From a virus, in the IMG/VR virus record IMGVR_UViG_3300020055_000004: DNA of 64,000 nt. The stretch is one strand, 5' to 3'. Made by a program: the position numbers and the translations under genes. Below the pieces are notes generated by a model. That model was not told the DNA's origin. It saw nothing but the letters and a program-made list of their open reading frames with translations, and did not search any database. This document shows, in pieces, positions 39,660 through 48,756 of the stretch (positions within the stretch are counted from its first letter, which is position 1; each line of letters starts with the position of its first letter).

Positions 39660-42600
39660 GTGAGTGATTTAACACGTGTTATATACGTCGACGATGGTAC
39701 CCCAGCCAGTAGCGATTTATATGTTACTCCTCACGGCTACGTAGAAAAATCAGAAGAAGCCGGTCACGGCTTCGTTGGCATAACCAATGCATCCACTTCA
39801 GGTGTCGGCGAAAGACAGGTTAAGCGAACGGCAGGTGTCTTAGGTATTACCAATGGATCTACTTCAGGCATTGGCGAACGCACAGTCAAATCCACATCAG
39901 GTTCGTTAACTGCTTCTACTGGTCCTTCAGTATCATCACCGGGCGAACGCAGTGTAGTATCATATAGTACCGCTGTTGTAGCAACTACTCCTCCATCATC
40001 GTCTGGTATCGGCGAACGGCAAATTGATCAAACTTCAGGTTCTTTAGCTCAAGCTGGTAATGCAAGTTTATCATCAACTGGCGAGAGGCAAGTTAAACGA
40101 ACAGCTGGTGTTGGCGGTATAGCTAATGGATCTACATCTGGTGTAGGTGAAAGACAAGTTAAGCGAACGGCTGGTGTCTTAGGTATTGCCAATGGATCTA
40201 CATCTGGTGTCGGTGAAAGACAGGTTAAAAGAACTGCTGGTATCTTAGGTATTGCTAGCGGATCAACATCAGGTATTGTTGAAAGACAAGTTAAACGGAC
40301 TGCTGGTGTCTTAGGTATTGCCAATGGATCTACTTCAGGTGTAGGTGAAAGACAAGTTAAACGGACTGCTGGTGTCTTAGGTATTGCCAATGGATCTACT
40401 TCAGGTGTAGGTGAACGGCAAATCGATCAAACCTCAGGTTCTTTAGCTCAAGCTGGTGATGCCAGTTCATCGGGTATTGGTGAAAGACAGGTTAAAAGAA
40501 CTGCTGGTGTCTTAGGTATTACCAATGGATCTATTTCTGGTATTGGTGAACGTCAGATAGATCAAACGTCTGGTTCTTTGGCGCAAGCTGGTAATGCTAG
40601 TTTATCTGGCGTTAGTGAACGCACAATTACTCAGACTGCCGATAATTTACCAGCGAAAAGTAATCATACACTTGTAGGTATCGGCGAACGGCAAATAGTT
40701 TCTACTTCTGGTTCACTAACGGCATCTACAGTTGGCTCAGTATCGTCACCCGGTGAGCGTACTGTAGTATCCTATAGCACAGCGGTTGTTGCGCAAAATG
40801 GATCTACTACTGGTGTTGGTGAAAGACAAATAGATCAAACTTCTGGCTCTTTGGCTCAGGCTGGTAACGCAAGTTTAGTCGGTATTGCTGAAAGGCAGAT
40901 TACGCAAACAGCCGATAATTTACCGACAAATACTGGTTCTACTTCGGGCGTCGGTCTTGCAGGTAAAGACGTTAAAGTCGGCATTTTAGGTATAGCTAAT
41001 TCTGAATCGTCCGGCATTGGTGAGAGACAAATAACACAAACTGCTGATCTATCAGGATTTGCCGCTGGTTCAACTTCTGGTACTGGCTTACGTACTATTA
41101 AATCAACGTCAGGTTCTTTGGAAGCTTCTACCGGCCCGGTAATATCAAGCCCTGGCGAACGTATTATTACGACTTATAGTTCTGCTGTCGTTGCTCAAGA
41201 TGGATCTACGGTTGGTATTGGTGAGAGACAGATTACGCAGACCGCTGACAACTTACCAGCTAAGAGCGATCATACACTCGTAGGATCTGGCCTAAGAACT
41301 ATAACACAGACTGCTGATCTATCAGGATTTGCCGCTGGTTCAACTTCTGGTATTGGTTTACGTACTATTAAATCAACATCAGGTTCTTTGTTAGCATCAA
41401 CTGGACCTTCTGTATCAAGTCCCGGTGAAAGAACTATTACAACTTATAGTTCAGCTGTTGTTGCTCAGGATGGATCTACATCAGGCACTGGTTTACGTAC
41501 TGTAACTCAAACAGCAGACAATCTTCCAGCTAAGAGTAATCATACACTCGTAGGAACTGGTCTAAGAACAATTACTCAAACAGCTGATCTATCAGGATTT
41601 GCAACAGGATCTACGGCAGGCACTGGTTTACGAACTATATTACAAACGTCTGACAATATTCCTATTAATACAGGTTCTACAACTGGTATTGGTGAACGAC
41701 AAATAATAACTAATTCAGGTTTAGATGGCTATCAAGTAGTAACCGGTTCTATATCATCTGTTGGTGAACGTACAATTACTCAAACCGCAGATCTTTCTGG
41801 TTTTGCAGAAGGATCAACATCTGGCACCGGCTTAAGAACTATTGTACAGACAGCTGATAACTTACCTACTAATACAGGTTCTACAACTGGTACAGGTACA
41901 ATTGAAACATTAGCTGTTGGTATTTTAGGTATTGCTAATAGTTCTGCATCTGGTACTGGTTTAAGAACTGTTGTGACTACTGATGGTTCGCTAACACCAT
42001 CAACTATACCAGTCGTATCATCACCCGGCGAACGTATCATTACAACTTATAGTTCTGCGGTTGTGGCCACAACACCTCCGGAGCTTGATGGTGTCGGTGA
42101 ACGTCAGATTACACAGACTGCTGATAATCTTCCAGCTAAGAGTGATCATACGCTTGTAGGTATCGTCGAAAGACAAATTATTCAAACAGCAGATAACTTA
42201 CCAGCTAAGAGTAATCATACTCTATCAGGTACCGGTGAAAGACAGATTACCCAAACTGCAGACCTTTCTGGATTTGCAACTGGATCTACATCAGGTACCG
42301 GTGAACGACAAATCAATCAGACAGCAGATATCACAGGATATGATATATCAAGTGTAAATGCTATTGGTGAAAGAACCGTTGTACAAACGGCCGATAATCT
42401 ACCAACGAATACTGGTTCTACAACTGGTATTGGTATTTCCGGTAAAGTTGGTTCTGGTCAATTAACAGCATCAACACTTGGTTCTACATCTGGTATCGGT
42501 GAACGACAAATTGTTTCTACGTCTACCAGTTTACAAGCAAGCAATGCTTCTGTTTCAAGTGATATTGGTGAAAGACAGATAGATCAAACTTCCGGAAATC

Positions 42601-43976
42601 TTGCGCAAGCAAGTGATGCTAGTGTTAGTGCGATCGGTGAAAGAACTATTGTACAAACAGCTGATAATATTCCTGTTAATTCTGCTTCTGTATCAGGTAT
42701 TAGTGAACGTCAGATTACACAAACCGCTGATAATTTACCAGCTAAGAGTAATCATACATTATCAGGTGTCGGTGAAAGACAAATAGAAAGTACAGCTGGT
42801 ATTTTAGGCATTATTAATGGATCAACTTCTGGTATAGGTTTACGTAGTATTACATCTACATCAGGAGCACTTGCTCCGACTACAACACCAAGTGTATCAT
42901 CACCGGGTGAACGTACTATCACACTATATGTTGGCACAGCTGTAGCTACAGATGCTAGCTTAGTAGGTATTGTCGAAAGAACTATTGTACAGACAGCTGA
43001 TAATCTACCTGTTAACACTGGTTCAATAAGTGGTACAGGTATAATTGAAACATCAGCGACTGGTGTTTTAGGTATTACTGATAGTTCTGTATCTGGTATT
43101 GGTGAACGACAAATTGTAATTACTTCTGGAATATCACAAGCAGAAGATGCATCGGTCAACAGTGTCGGTGAAAGACAAATAGATGAGACTTCCGGAAGCT
43201 TGGTTGCTGATAATGCCGTCGTCAATAGTATTGGCGAAAGACAAATTACGCAAACAGCCGATAATATTCCTGTTAATACTGGATCTACTTCTGGTATTGG
43301 TGAAAGACAAATTGTTTCTACAAGTGGTAATTTAACGCCGTCCACTGTACCTATTGTATCATCACCCGGTGAACGTATCATTACAACATACAGTAGTGCT
43401 GTTGTTGCAACTACTCCTCCTGAAACAAGTGGTATTGGTGAGAGAACTATTAATCTTACGGATGGTGTATCTCAATCAGAGATATCACAAGTAAATGGTA
43501 TTGGTGAAAGAGAAATAACCAAGACCGCTGATGATGCTCCTACACTTTACTCGCAAGTTGTGGGTAATGTAATTAGAGAAGTTAAATCTGTTGTTGCAGT
43601 CGGTGGAATAGAAAACAGTGTTGTTAACGGTAATGGTGAAGTTGAAGTTCGAGGTCAAGGTTTTGCCGGTATTACAAATTCATCGGTATCTGGTATTGGT
43701 GAAAGAGAAGTAAATACTGAAAACGGTTCAGGCAATCTAGTAAACGCTGGAATTGATAATGCAGTCGTAGGCCAAGGTCTTAAGTCGTATAATATTGCAT
43801 TACAAGCTACGACAGGGCCGTCAGTATATGGTCTAGGTGCAAGAATAACAGACTTTGCTCAGCTAGTTCGTGTAACAGATACGGGCGAATCTACTATTAC
43901 TACTAGTTTATCTGACGAAGATCAAATTGTTACATATAAAGAAAAAGAATACATTAAGAAAATAACAGTAGCATAA
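39660..43976 (+). CDS. Long repeat protein, about 60 units of 21-24 aa mostly ending in G[E/L]R (putative fibre scaffold)
   Basis: GTG start after GGGAGA; repeats such as QVKRTAGVLGIANGSTSGVGER and QITQTADNLPAKSNHTLVGIGER. Confidence 0.75.
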   Translation: MSDLTRVIYVDDGTPASSDLYVTPHGYVEKSEEAGHGFVGITNASTSGVGERQVKRTAGVLGITNGSTSGIGERTVKSTSGSLTASTGPSVSSPGERSVVSYSTAVVATTPPSSSGIGERQIDQTSGSLAQAGNASLSSTGERQVKRTAGVGGIANGSTSGVGERQVKRTAGVLGIANGSTSGVGERQVKRTAGILGIASGSTSGIVERQVKRTAGVLGIANGSTSGVGERQVKRTAGVLGIANGSTSGVGERQIDQTSGSLAQAGDASSSGIGERQVKRTAGVLGITNGSISGIGERQIDQTSGSLAQAGNASLSGVSERTITQTADNLPAKSNHTLVGIGERQIVSTSGSLTASTVGSVSSPGERTVVSYSTAVVAQNGSTTGVGERQIDQTSGSLAQAGNASLVGIAERQITQTADNLPTNTGSTSGVGLAGKDVKVGILGIANSESSGIGERQITQTADLSGFAAGSTSGTGLRTIKSTSGSLEASTGPVISSPGERIITTYSSAVVAQDGSTVGIGERQITQTADNLPAKSDHTLVGSGLRTITQTADLSGFAAGSTSGIGLRTIKSTSGSLLASTGPSVSSPGERTITTYSSAVVAQDGSTSGTGLRTVTQTADNLPAKSNHTLVGTGLRTITQTADLSGFATGSTAGTGLRTILQTSDNIPINTGSTTGIGERQIITNSGLDGYQVVTGSISSVGERTITQTADLSGFAEGSTSGTGLRTIVQTADNLPTNTGSTTGTGTIETLAVGILGIANSSASGTGLRTVVTTDGSLTPSTIPVVSSPGERIITTYSSAVVATTPPELDGVGERQITQTADNLPAKSDHTLVGIVERQIIQTADNLPAKSNHTLSGTGERQITQTADLSGFATGSTSGTGERQINQTADITGYDISSVNAIGERTVVQTADNLPTNTGSTTGIGISGKVGSGQLTASTLGSTSGIGERQIVSTSTSLQASNASVSSDIGERQIDQTSGNLAQASDASVSAIGERTIVQTADNIPVNSASVSGISERQITQTADNLPAKSNHTLSGVGERQIESTAGILGIINGSTSGIGLRSITSTSGALAPTTTPSVSSPGERTITLYVGTAVATDASLVGIVERTIVQTADNLPVNTGSISGTGIIETSATGVLGITDSSVSGIGERQIVITSGISQAEDASVNSVGERQIDETSGSLVADNAVVNSIGERQITQTADNIPVNTGSTSGIGERQIVSTSGNLTPSTVPIVSSPGERIITTYSSAVVATTPPETSGIGERTINLTDGVSQSEISQVNGIGEREITKTADDAPTLYSQVVGNVIREVKSVVAVGGIENSVVNGNGEVEVRGQGFAGITNSSVSGIGEREVNTENGSGNLVNAGIDNAVVGQGLKSYNIALQATTGPSVYGLGARITDFAQLVRVTDTGESTITTSLSDEDQIVTYKEKEYIKKITVA

Positions 43977-44010
43977 ATAAATTTATTAAAGCTAAAACGG
44001 AGCACATTCG

Positions 44011-44754
44011 ATGGCAGTTCCATCCACACGAGACGAGTTTAAAGAGTATTGTCTAAGATCACTAGGCAAGCCCGTCATCGAAATTAATGTAGCAGACGAG
44101 CAGGTCGAAGATAGAATCGATCAAGCTCTACGTTTTTTCTGGGATTATCATTTCGACGGCACAGAAAAAATCTACTATAAAATTTTAGTTACTCAACAAA
44201 TTAAAGATGATGGATATGTAGATCTGCCCGAGAATATTATCGGCGCCGTACGGTTGTTTCCGATGGGTGCACTTGGTACTTCATCAGGAGATATATTTAA
44301 TATTCGATATCAAATCGCATTAAACGATCTATACACTCTTACTAACATTGCTCTTATAGATTATTATATGACAATGGAACATCTCGCGATGGTTCAAGAA
44401 ATACTTGTTGGTAAACCACAAATAAGATATAATCGTCATCGTAATCGTTTACATATAGACGAAACAAAACAAGATTTAAGAGTAAATGAATATCTTATAT
44501 TGGAAGCATATGAAATTGTTGATCCTGCTACATACACGGATGTATGGTCAGACCGATGGTTACAGTATTATACATCACAACTTATTAAAAGACAATGGGG
44601 TACAAATCTTACTAAGTTCGAAGGACTACAACTTCCAGGTGGTGTAACTTTTAATGGTAGACAAATATATGATGATGCTCAGACTGAGATCTCTAAACTA
44701 GAAGAAGAGATGATTAACAATTACAGCTTGCCTGTAATGGATATGATTGGATAA
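44011..44754 (+). CDS. gp13: Neck protein gp13
   Basis: EFKEYCLRSLGKPVIEINV..EQVEDRID, QWGTNLTKFEGLQLPGGVTFNG. Confidence 0.93.
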   Translation: MAVPSTRDEFKEYCLRSLGKPVIEINVADEQVEDRIDQALRFFWDYHFDGTEKIYYKILVTQQIKDDGYVDLPENIIGAVRLFPMGALGTSSGDIFNIRYQIALNDLYTLTNIALIDYYMTMEHLAMVQEILVGKPQIRYNRHRNRLHIDETKQDLRVNEYLILEAYEIVDPATYTDVWSDRWLQYYTSQLIKRQWGTNLTKFEGLQLPGGVTFNGRQIYDDAQTEISKLEEEMINNYSLPVMDMIG

Positions 44755-44797
44755 AGAGCATAGCTCTATTATACTCAAAAAATAGGATTTGTACACA

Positions 44798-45529
44798 GTG
44801 GCAACCAATTTATACTTCAATAATTTTAATAGTACATCTGAACAAAGTCTAATTGAAGACCTTGTTATCGAGTCTATTAAAATTTATGGCCATGATCTAT
44901 GGTATTGTCCACGTACAATAGTAGCCAAAGATGATATCCTAAACGAAGATCCGTTATCAACATACAATGATTCATATCAAATCGAAATGTATATCAAAAA
45001 TGTTGAAGGATTCGAAGGTGAAGGTGATTTCTTATCTAAATTCAATATTCAGATTCGAGACGAGATTACATTTACTGTTGCTAGAAAAGTATATCAAGAA
45101 ACCGTTGGAGACTTCGAAGATAATGATCGGCCATTTGAAGGTGATCTTATTTTTATGCCATTAACTAATAAAGTATATCAAATCAAGTTTGTTGAACATG
45201 AGCCGGTATTCTATCAAAATGGTGCACTACAAATGTTTGATATCAGGTGTGAATTGTTCGAATACAGCAATGAAGATTTGAATACAGGTTTACCATATGT
45301 AGATAATCTCGAAATCATTCATTCATTATCTGCAGACGAACTGGATGGTCTTACATACGATGCTAACAATAATATTATTATTGATCCTGATACAGGTCGA
45401 CCAGTAGGATTAGATAGCAACTGGAATCCTGATGATCCGTATGCAGACAATAGTTCATTCCAAGTAAGTGCTAATTCATTCATTGATTTTACGGAACGAG
45501 ATCCATTCAGTGAAGGCGGTAGATACTAA
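44798..45529 (+). CDS. gp14: Neck protein gp14
   Basis: EQSLIEDLVIESIKIYG, GFEGEGDFLSKF.IQIRDE, PFEGDLIF, DFTERDPFSE. GTG 44798 has better spacing from AGGA than TTG 44789. Confidence 0.92.
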   Translation: MATNLYFNNFNSTSEQSLIEDLVIESIKIYGHDLWYCPRTIVAKDDILNEDPLSTYNDSYQIEMYIKNVEGFEGEGDFLSKFNIQIRDEITFTVARKVYQETVGDFEDNDRPFEGDLIFMPLTNKVYQIKFVEHEPVFYQNGALQMFDIRCELFEYSNEDLNTGLPYVDNLEIIHSLSADELDGLTYDANNNIIIDPDTGRPVGLDSNWNPDDPYADNSSFQVSANSFIDFTERDPFSEGGRY

Positions 45530-46626
45530 TGTTTGGACGTACTTTTTATCACGATACTCTGCGTAGATATGTTATCTTATTTGGTACATTATTCAATGAT
45601 GTTTATATTAATCGCGAAGACGAGAATGGCAACGTAAAACAGGTCATTAAAGTTCCTCTTGCATATGGACCTCGAGAAAAGTTTCTCGCGAGGATAGAAG
45701 GAATAGAATCGAATCGTGATCCATTACAACAGCCATTTTCAGTTGTATTGCCTCGCATGGGTTTCGAAATTACAGGTTTTAATTATGCACCTGAACGAAA
45801 ATTGCCTACCCGAAATAAATTTAAGATTGAAGATATTGATGGTGATGGCGACCGTCGTGTCTCAATCTATAATCCAGTTCCCTATGATATTCAATTTAGT
45901 TTGTCCATTTTTGTAAAGAACACGACAGATGGTACTAGAATTATTGAACAAATACTTCCATACTTTACACCTGAATGGACATCAACAGTATTACTAACTG
46001 AAACTCCTGAAGTTAAATTGGATATACCACTTGTTTTAACTGGAACAAGTCAAGATGATGTATATGAAGGTTCTTTTGAAGATCGCCGCGCCTTGATATG
46101 GACACTCGATTTTACAATGAAAGGTTATTTCTATGGTCCAGAATATAAAAGTGATGTAATTAAATTATCTAATACACAAATATTTGATTCATCATTGTAT
46201 GATGATATAGATCAATCAATTAACAATGTTGAAGTAGCTTCACGTTTACTCGCTGAACCTGCCATATTAGCTAATAATTCTCCTACTGTTTTCTCAGATA
46301 TTAATGCCGAAACTGCTACAGCTGTTGCCGTGATTAGTAGTGGGAGTGTAACAGAAATTGTACTTACTAATATTGGTTATGGATATAGTGACACACCAGC
46401 AACTATTACTATTGATGGTAATGCTACTGCAACGGCCGTAATGGGTAATGGATATAATATAGATAGAATAGTAATTACTGATGGTGGCTCTGGATACACT
46501 GAAACACCTACCGTAACAATATCTGCACCTGACTTAGTATCGATAGCAAATACGGCAGCTATTGATTCTGAATCTACTTATGGTGTTGCAGAAGTGAATA
46601 TAGGTCCATTCCCTGATGAAGGATAA
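45529..46626 (+). CDS. gp15: Tail sheath stabiliser/terminator gp15 with C-terminal extension
   Basis: FYHDTLRRYVILFGTLFND, KVPLAYGPREKFL, LPRMGFE, QILPYFTP, RRALIWTLDF; extra GGSGY..PTVTI module. Confidence 0.92.
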   Translation: MFGRTFYHDTLRRYVILFGTLFNDVYINREDENGNVKQVIKVPLAYGPREKFLARIEGIESNRDPLQQPFSVVLPRMGFEITGFNYAPERKLPTRNKFKIEDIDGDGDRRVSIYNPVPYDIQFSLSIFVKNTTDGTRIIEQILPYFTPEWTSTVLLTETPEVKLDIPLVLTGTSQDDVYEGSFEDRRALIWTLDFTMKGYFYGPEYKSDVIKLSNTQIFDSSLYDDIDQSINNVEVASRLLAEPAILANNSPTVFSDINAETATAVAVISSGSVTEIVLTNIGYGYSDTPATITIDGNATATAVMGNGYNIDRIVITDGGSGYTETPTVTISAPDLVSIANTAAIDSESTYGVAEVNIGPFPDEG

Positions 46627-47038
46627 AGATATGAAGCATGATATATTGAATGATGTTTTGAATATGAATAGTGGACAACTCATCGAACAAGAAGAAAAAC
46701 TACCTACAACTTATCGTCCAAGTCTCGAAACAGATAAAGAAATCGAGAACGATACAAAATATGTTCGTCAGAATTTTTATGATCTTATCGAAAAAGGTCA
46801 TGGTGCAATCGACGAATTGCTTGCAGTAGCAGATCAGTCTCAACACCCCAGAGCATATGAAGTCTTAGCTAATATGATCAAAACAATGGGTGATATGAAT
46901 AATGATCTGCTAGCCATGCATGAAAAGAAACAAAAACTTACAGGCGAGAAACCAGAAAAACCAGATACTGTTAATAATAACTTGTATGTAGGTAGTACGA
47001 GTGATTTGCTGAAGTTATTAAATAAAGAAAATGAGTGA
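46616..47038 (+). CDS. gp16: Terminase small subunit gp16
   Basis: HPRAYEVL, NNNLYVGSTSDLLKLL. Confidence 0.92.
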   Translation: MKDKDMKHDILNDVLNMNSGQLIEQEEKLPTTYRPSLETDKEIENDTKYVRQNFYDLIEKGHGAIDELLAVADQSQHPRAYEVLANMIKTMGDMNNDLLAMHEKKQKLTGEKPEKPDTVNNNLYVGSTSDLLKLLNKENE

Positions 47039-48686
47039 AATTCAAGATATTATAGATTATCGATCTTATCTCGGTAATGTAAATCTTAAGCGCAAGGGTG
47101 TTACAATTGAATGGACCGAAGATATGGTCCAAGAGTTTGTGAAGTGTGCTAAAGATCCAATATACTTCTCAGAAAAATATATACAAATTGTACATGTTGA
47201 TCATGGATTGATTCCGATAAATTGCTATGACTATCAAAAAGAAATCATTAAAAAAACCACCAATAATAGAAGAGTCTGTGTTGTTACGTCACGGCAGGCA
47301 GGTAAAACTACTACTGCTGTATGTCTTATACTTCATTACATATTGTTTAACGACCATAAGCTCGTGGCTCTCCTCGCTAACAAAGGAGATGCAGCTAGGG
47401 AAATATTGGACAGAATTAAAACTGCGTATGAAGCGTTACCGAAATGGCTTCAACAAGGAGTCATCGAATGGAACAAAGGATCAGTAGAATTTGAAAACGG
47501 ATCCAAAATCATTGCGGCTGCTACTTCTTCTTCTGCTATTCGAGGCAAATCCGTATCCTTCCTATACATTGATGAGACAGCTTTCGTGGAGAATTGGGAC
47601 GAATTCTTTGCCTCAGTATTTCCAACAATCTCATCCGGAACTAGTACTAAAATCCTTCTTACATCCACACCAAATGGATTAAATCACTTCTATAAAACAT
47701 GTGAAGGTGCCAAAGCAGGCAAAAATGGTTACGAGTTCGTGCAGGTTATGTGGCATGACGTCCCGGGCCGTGATGAAAAATGGAGAGAAGAAACACTCGC
47801 TGCGATGGACTTTGATACAGAAAAGTTCGCGCAGGAAATGGAATGTGAATTCCTAGGTTCATCGGGTACACTCATATCGGGATGGAAATTAAAGCAACTT
47901 GTATATAGAGAAGCTATTAAAGAAGTCGGTGGTATAAACATATATGAAGAACCGATGCAAGAAGGCAACTATGTGATAGTTGTTGACGTCAGTAGAGGTA
48001 AAGGATTAGACTATTCTGCCTTTCAGGTCGTTGATATATCAGAGATGCCGTACAGACAGGTTGGAACATATCGTAATAATATGATCACACCTATAGATTA
48101 TGCTGCAGCTGTGCATAGCGCGGCAAAGTATTACAATGAAGCCAATATATTGGTTGAAGTCAATGATATTGGAGAACAGGTAGCTTCTATTCTTTTCGAA
48201 GAATATGAATACGAAAATATGTTACTCACTGAAAATAATGGACGTGAAGGAAAACGTCTATTATCAGGTGTAGCAGGATTCAGCGGAAGAGCAGATAAAG
48301 GTATACGTACTACTAAATCTGTAAAATCTGTTGGTTGTTCAATGATAAAATTATTAGTAGAACAAAATCAAATTATAATTAATGATTTCGAAACAATACG
48401 TGAATTTTCGACATTTAGTCAAAAAGGTACATCATGGGAAGCAGAACCGGGCAATCACGACGATTTAGTGATGTGTTTAGTTCTCTTTGGTTGGTTGTCA
48501 AACCAGAAATTCTTTAAAGAATTGACTGATATAAATACGGTTATCAATCTCAAAGAAATGAATGAAGAAAAAGTCTTTAGTGAGCTGGTTCCATTCGGTA
48601 TCATTGACGACGGGCAAGACGTACACGAGCAAGAATCTCAAGTAAAGACTGCCAGAGGTGGAGATGACTATAGTTGGCTAATGTAG
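47031..48686 (+). CDS. gp17: Terminase large subunit gp17
   Basis: Walker A SRQAGKTT, Walker B LYIDETAF, TSTPNG, nuclease motifs VDVSRG and HDDLVM; no intein insertion. Confidence 0.97.
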   Translation: MSEIQDIIDYRSYLGNVNLKRKGVTIEWTEDMVQEFVKCAKDPIYFSEKYIQIVHVDHGLIPINCYDYQKEIIKKTTNNRRVCVVTSRQAGKTTTAVCLILHYILFNDHKLVALLANKGDAAREILDRIKTAYEALPKWLQQGVIEWNKGSVEFENGSKIIAAATSSSAIRGKSVSFLYIDETAFVENWDEFFASVFPTISSGTSTKILLTSTPNGLNHFYKTCEGAKAGKNGYEFVQVMWHDVPGRDEKWREETLAAMDFDTEKFAQEMECEFLGSSGTLISGWKLKQLVYREAIKEVGGINIYEEPMQEGNYVIVVDVSRGKGLDYSAFQVVDISEMPYRQVGTYRNNMITPIDYAAAVHSAAKYYNEANILVEVNDIGEQVASILFEEYEYENMLLTENNGREGKRLLSGVAGFSGRADKGIRTTKSVKSVGCSMIKLLVEQNQIIINDFETIREFSTFSQKGTSWEAEPGNHDDLVMCLVLFGWLSNQKFFKELTDINTVINLKEMNEEKVFSELVPFGIIDDGQDVHEQESQVKTARGGDDYSWLM

Positions 48687-48703
48687 TTTGAAATGTGCTT
48701 TGT

Positions 48704-48711
48704 TATAAATA
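48704..48711 (+). promoter_or_regulatory. T4-type late promoter TATAAATA
   Basis: Exact consensus, intergenic before gp18 (GGGAGA SD). Confidence 0.85.
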
Positions 48712-48756
48712 AAACTACGAAATACATTATAATCAATTTACAGGGAGAAACACAAC

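Noticed and set aside
39660-43976. Mirror symmetry like that of the 28101 protein
   Set aside because: Unit classes listed in order show local blocks and drift but no palindromic arrangement.
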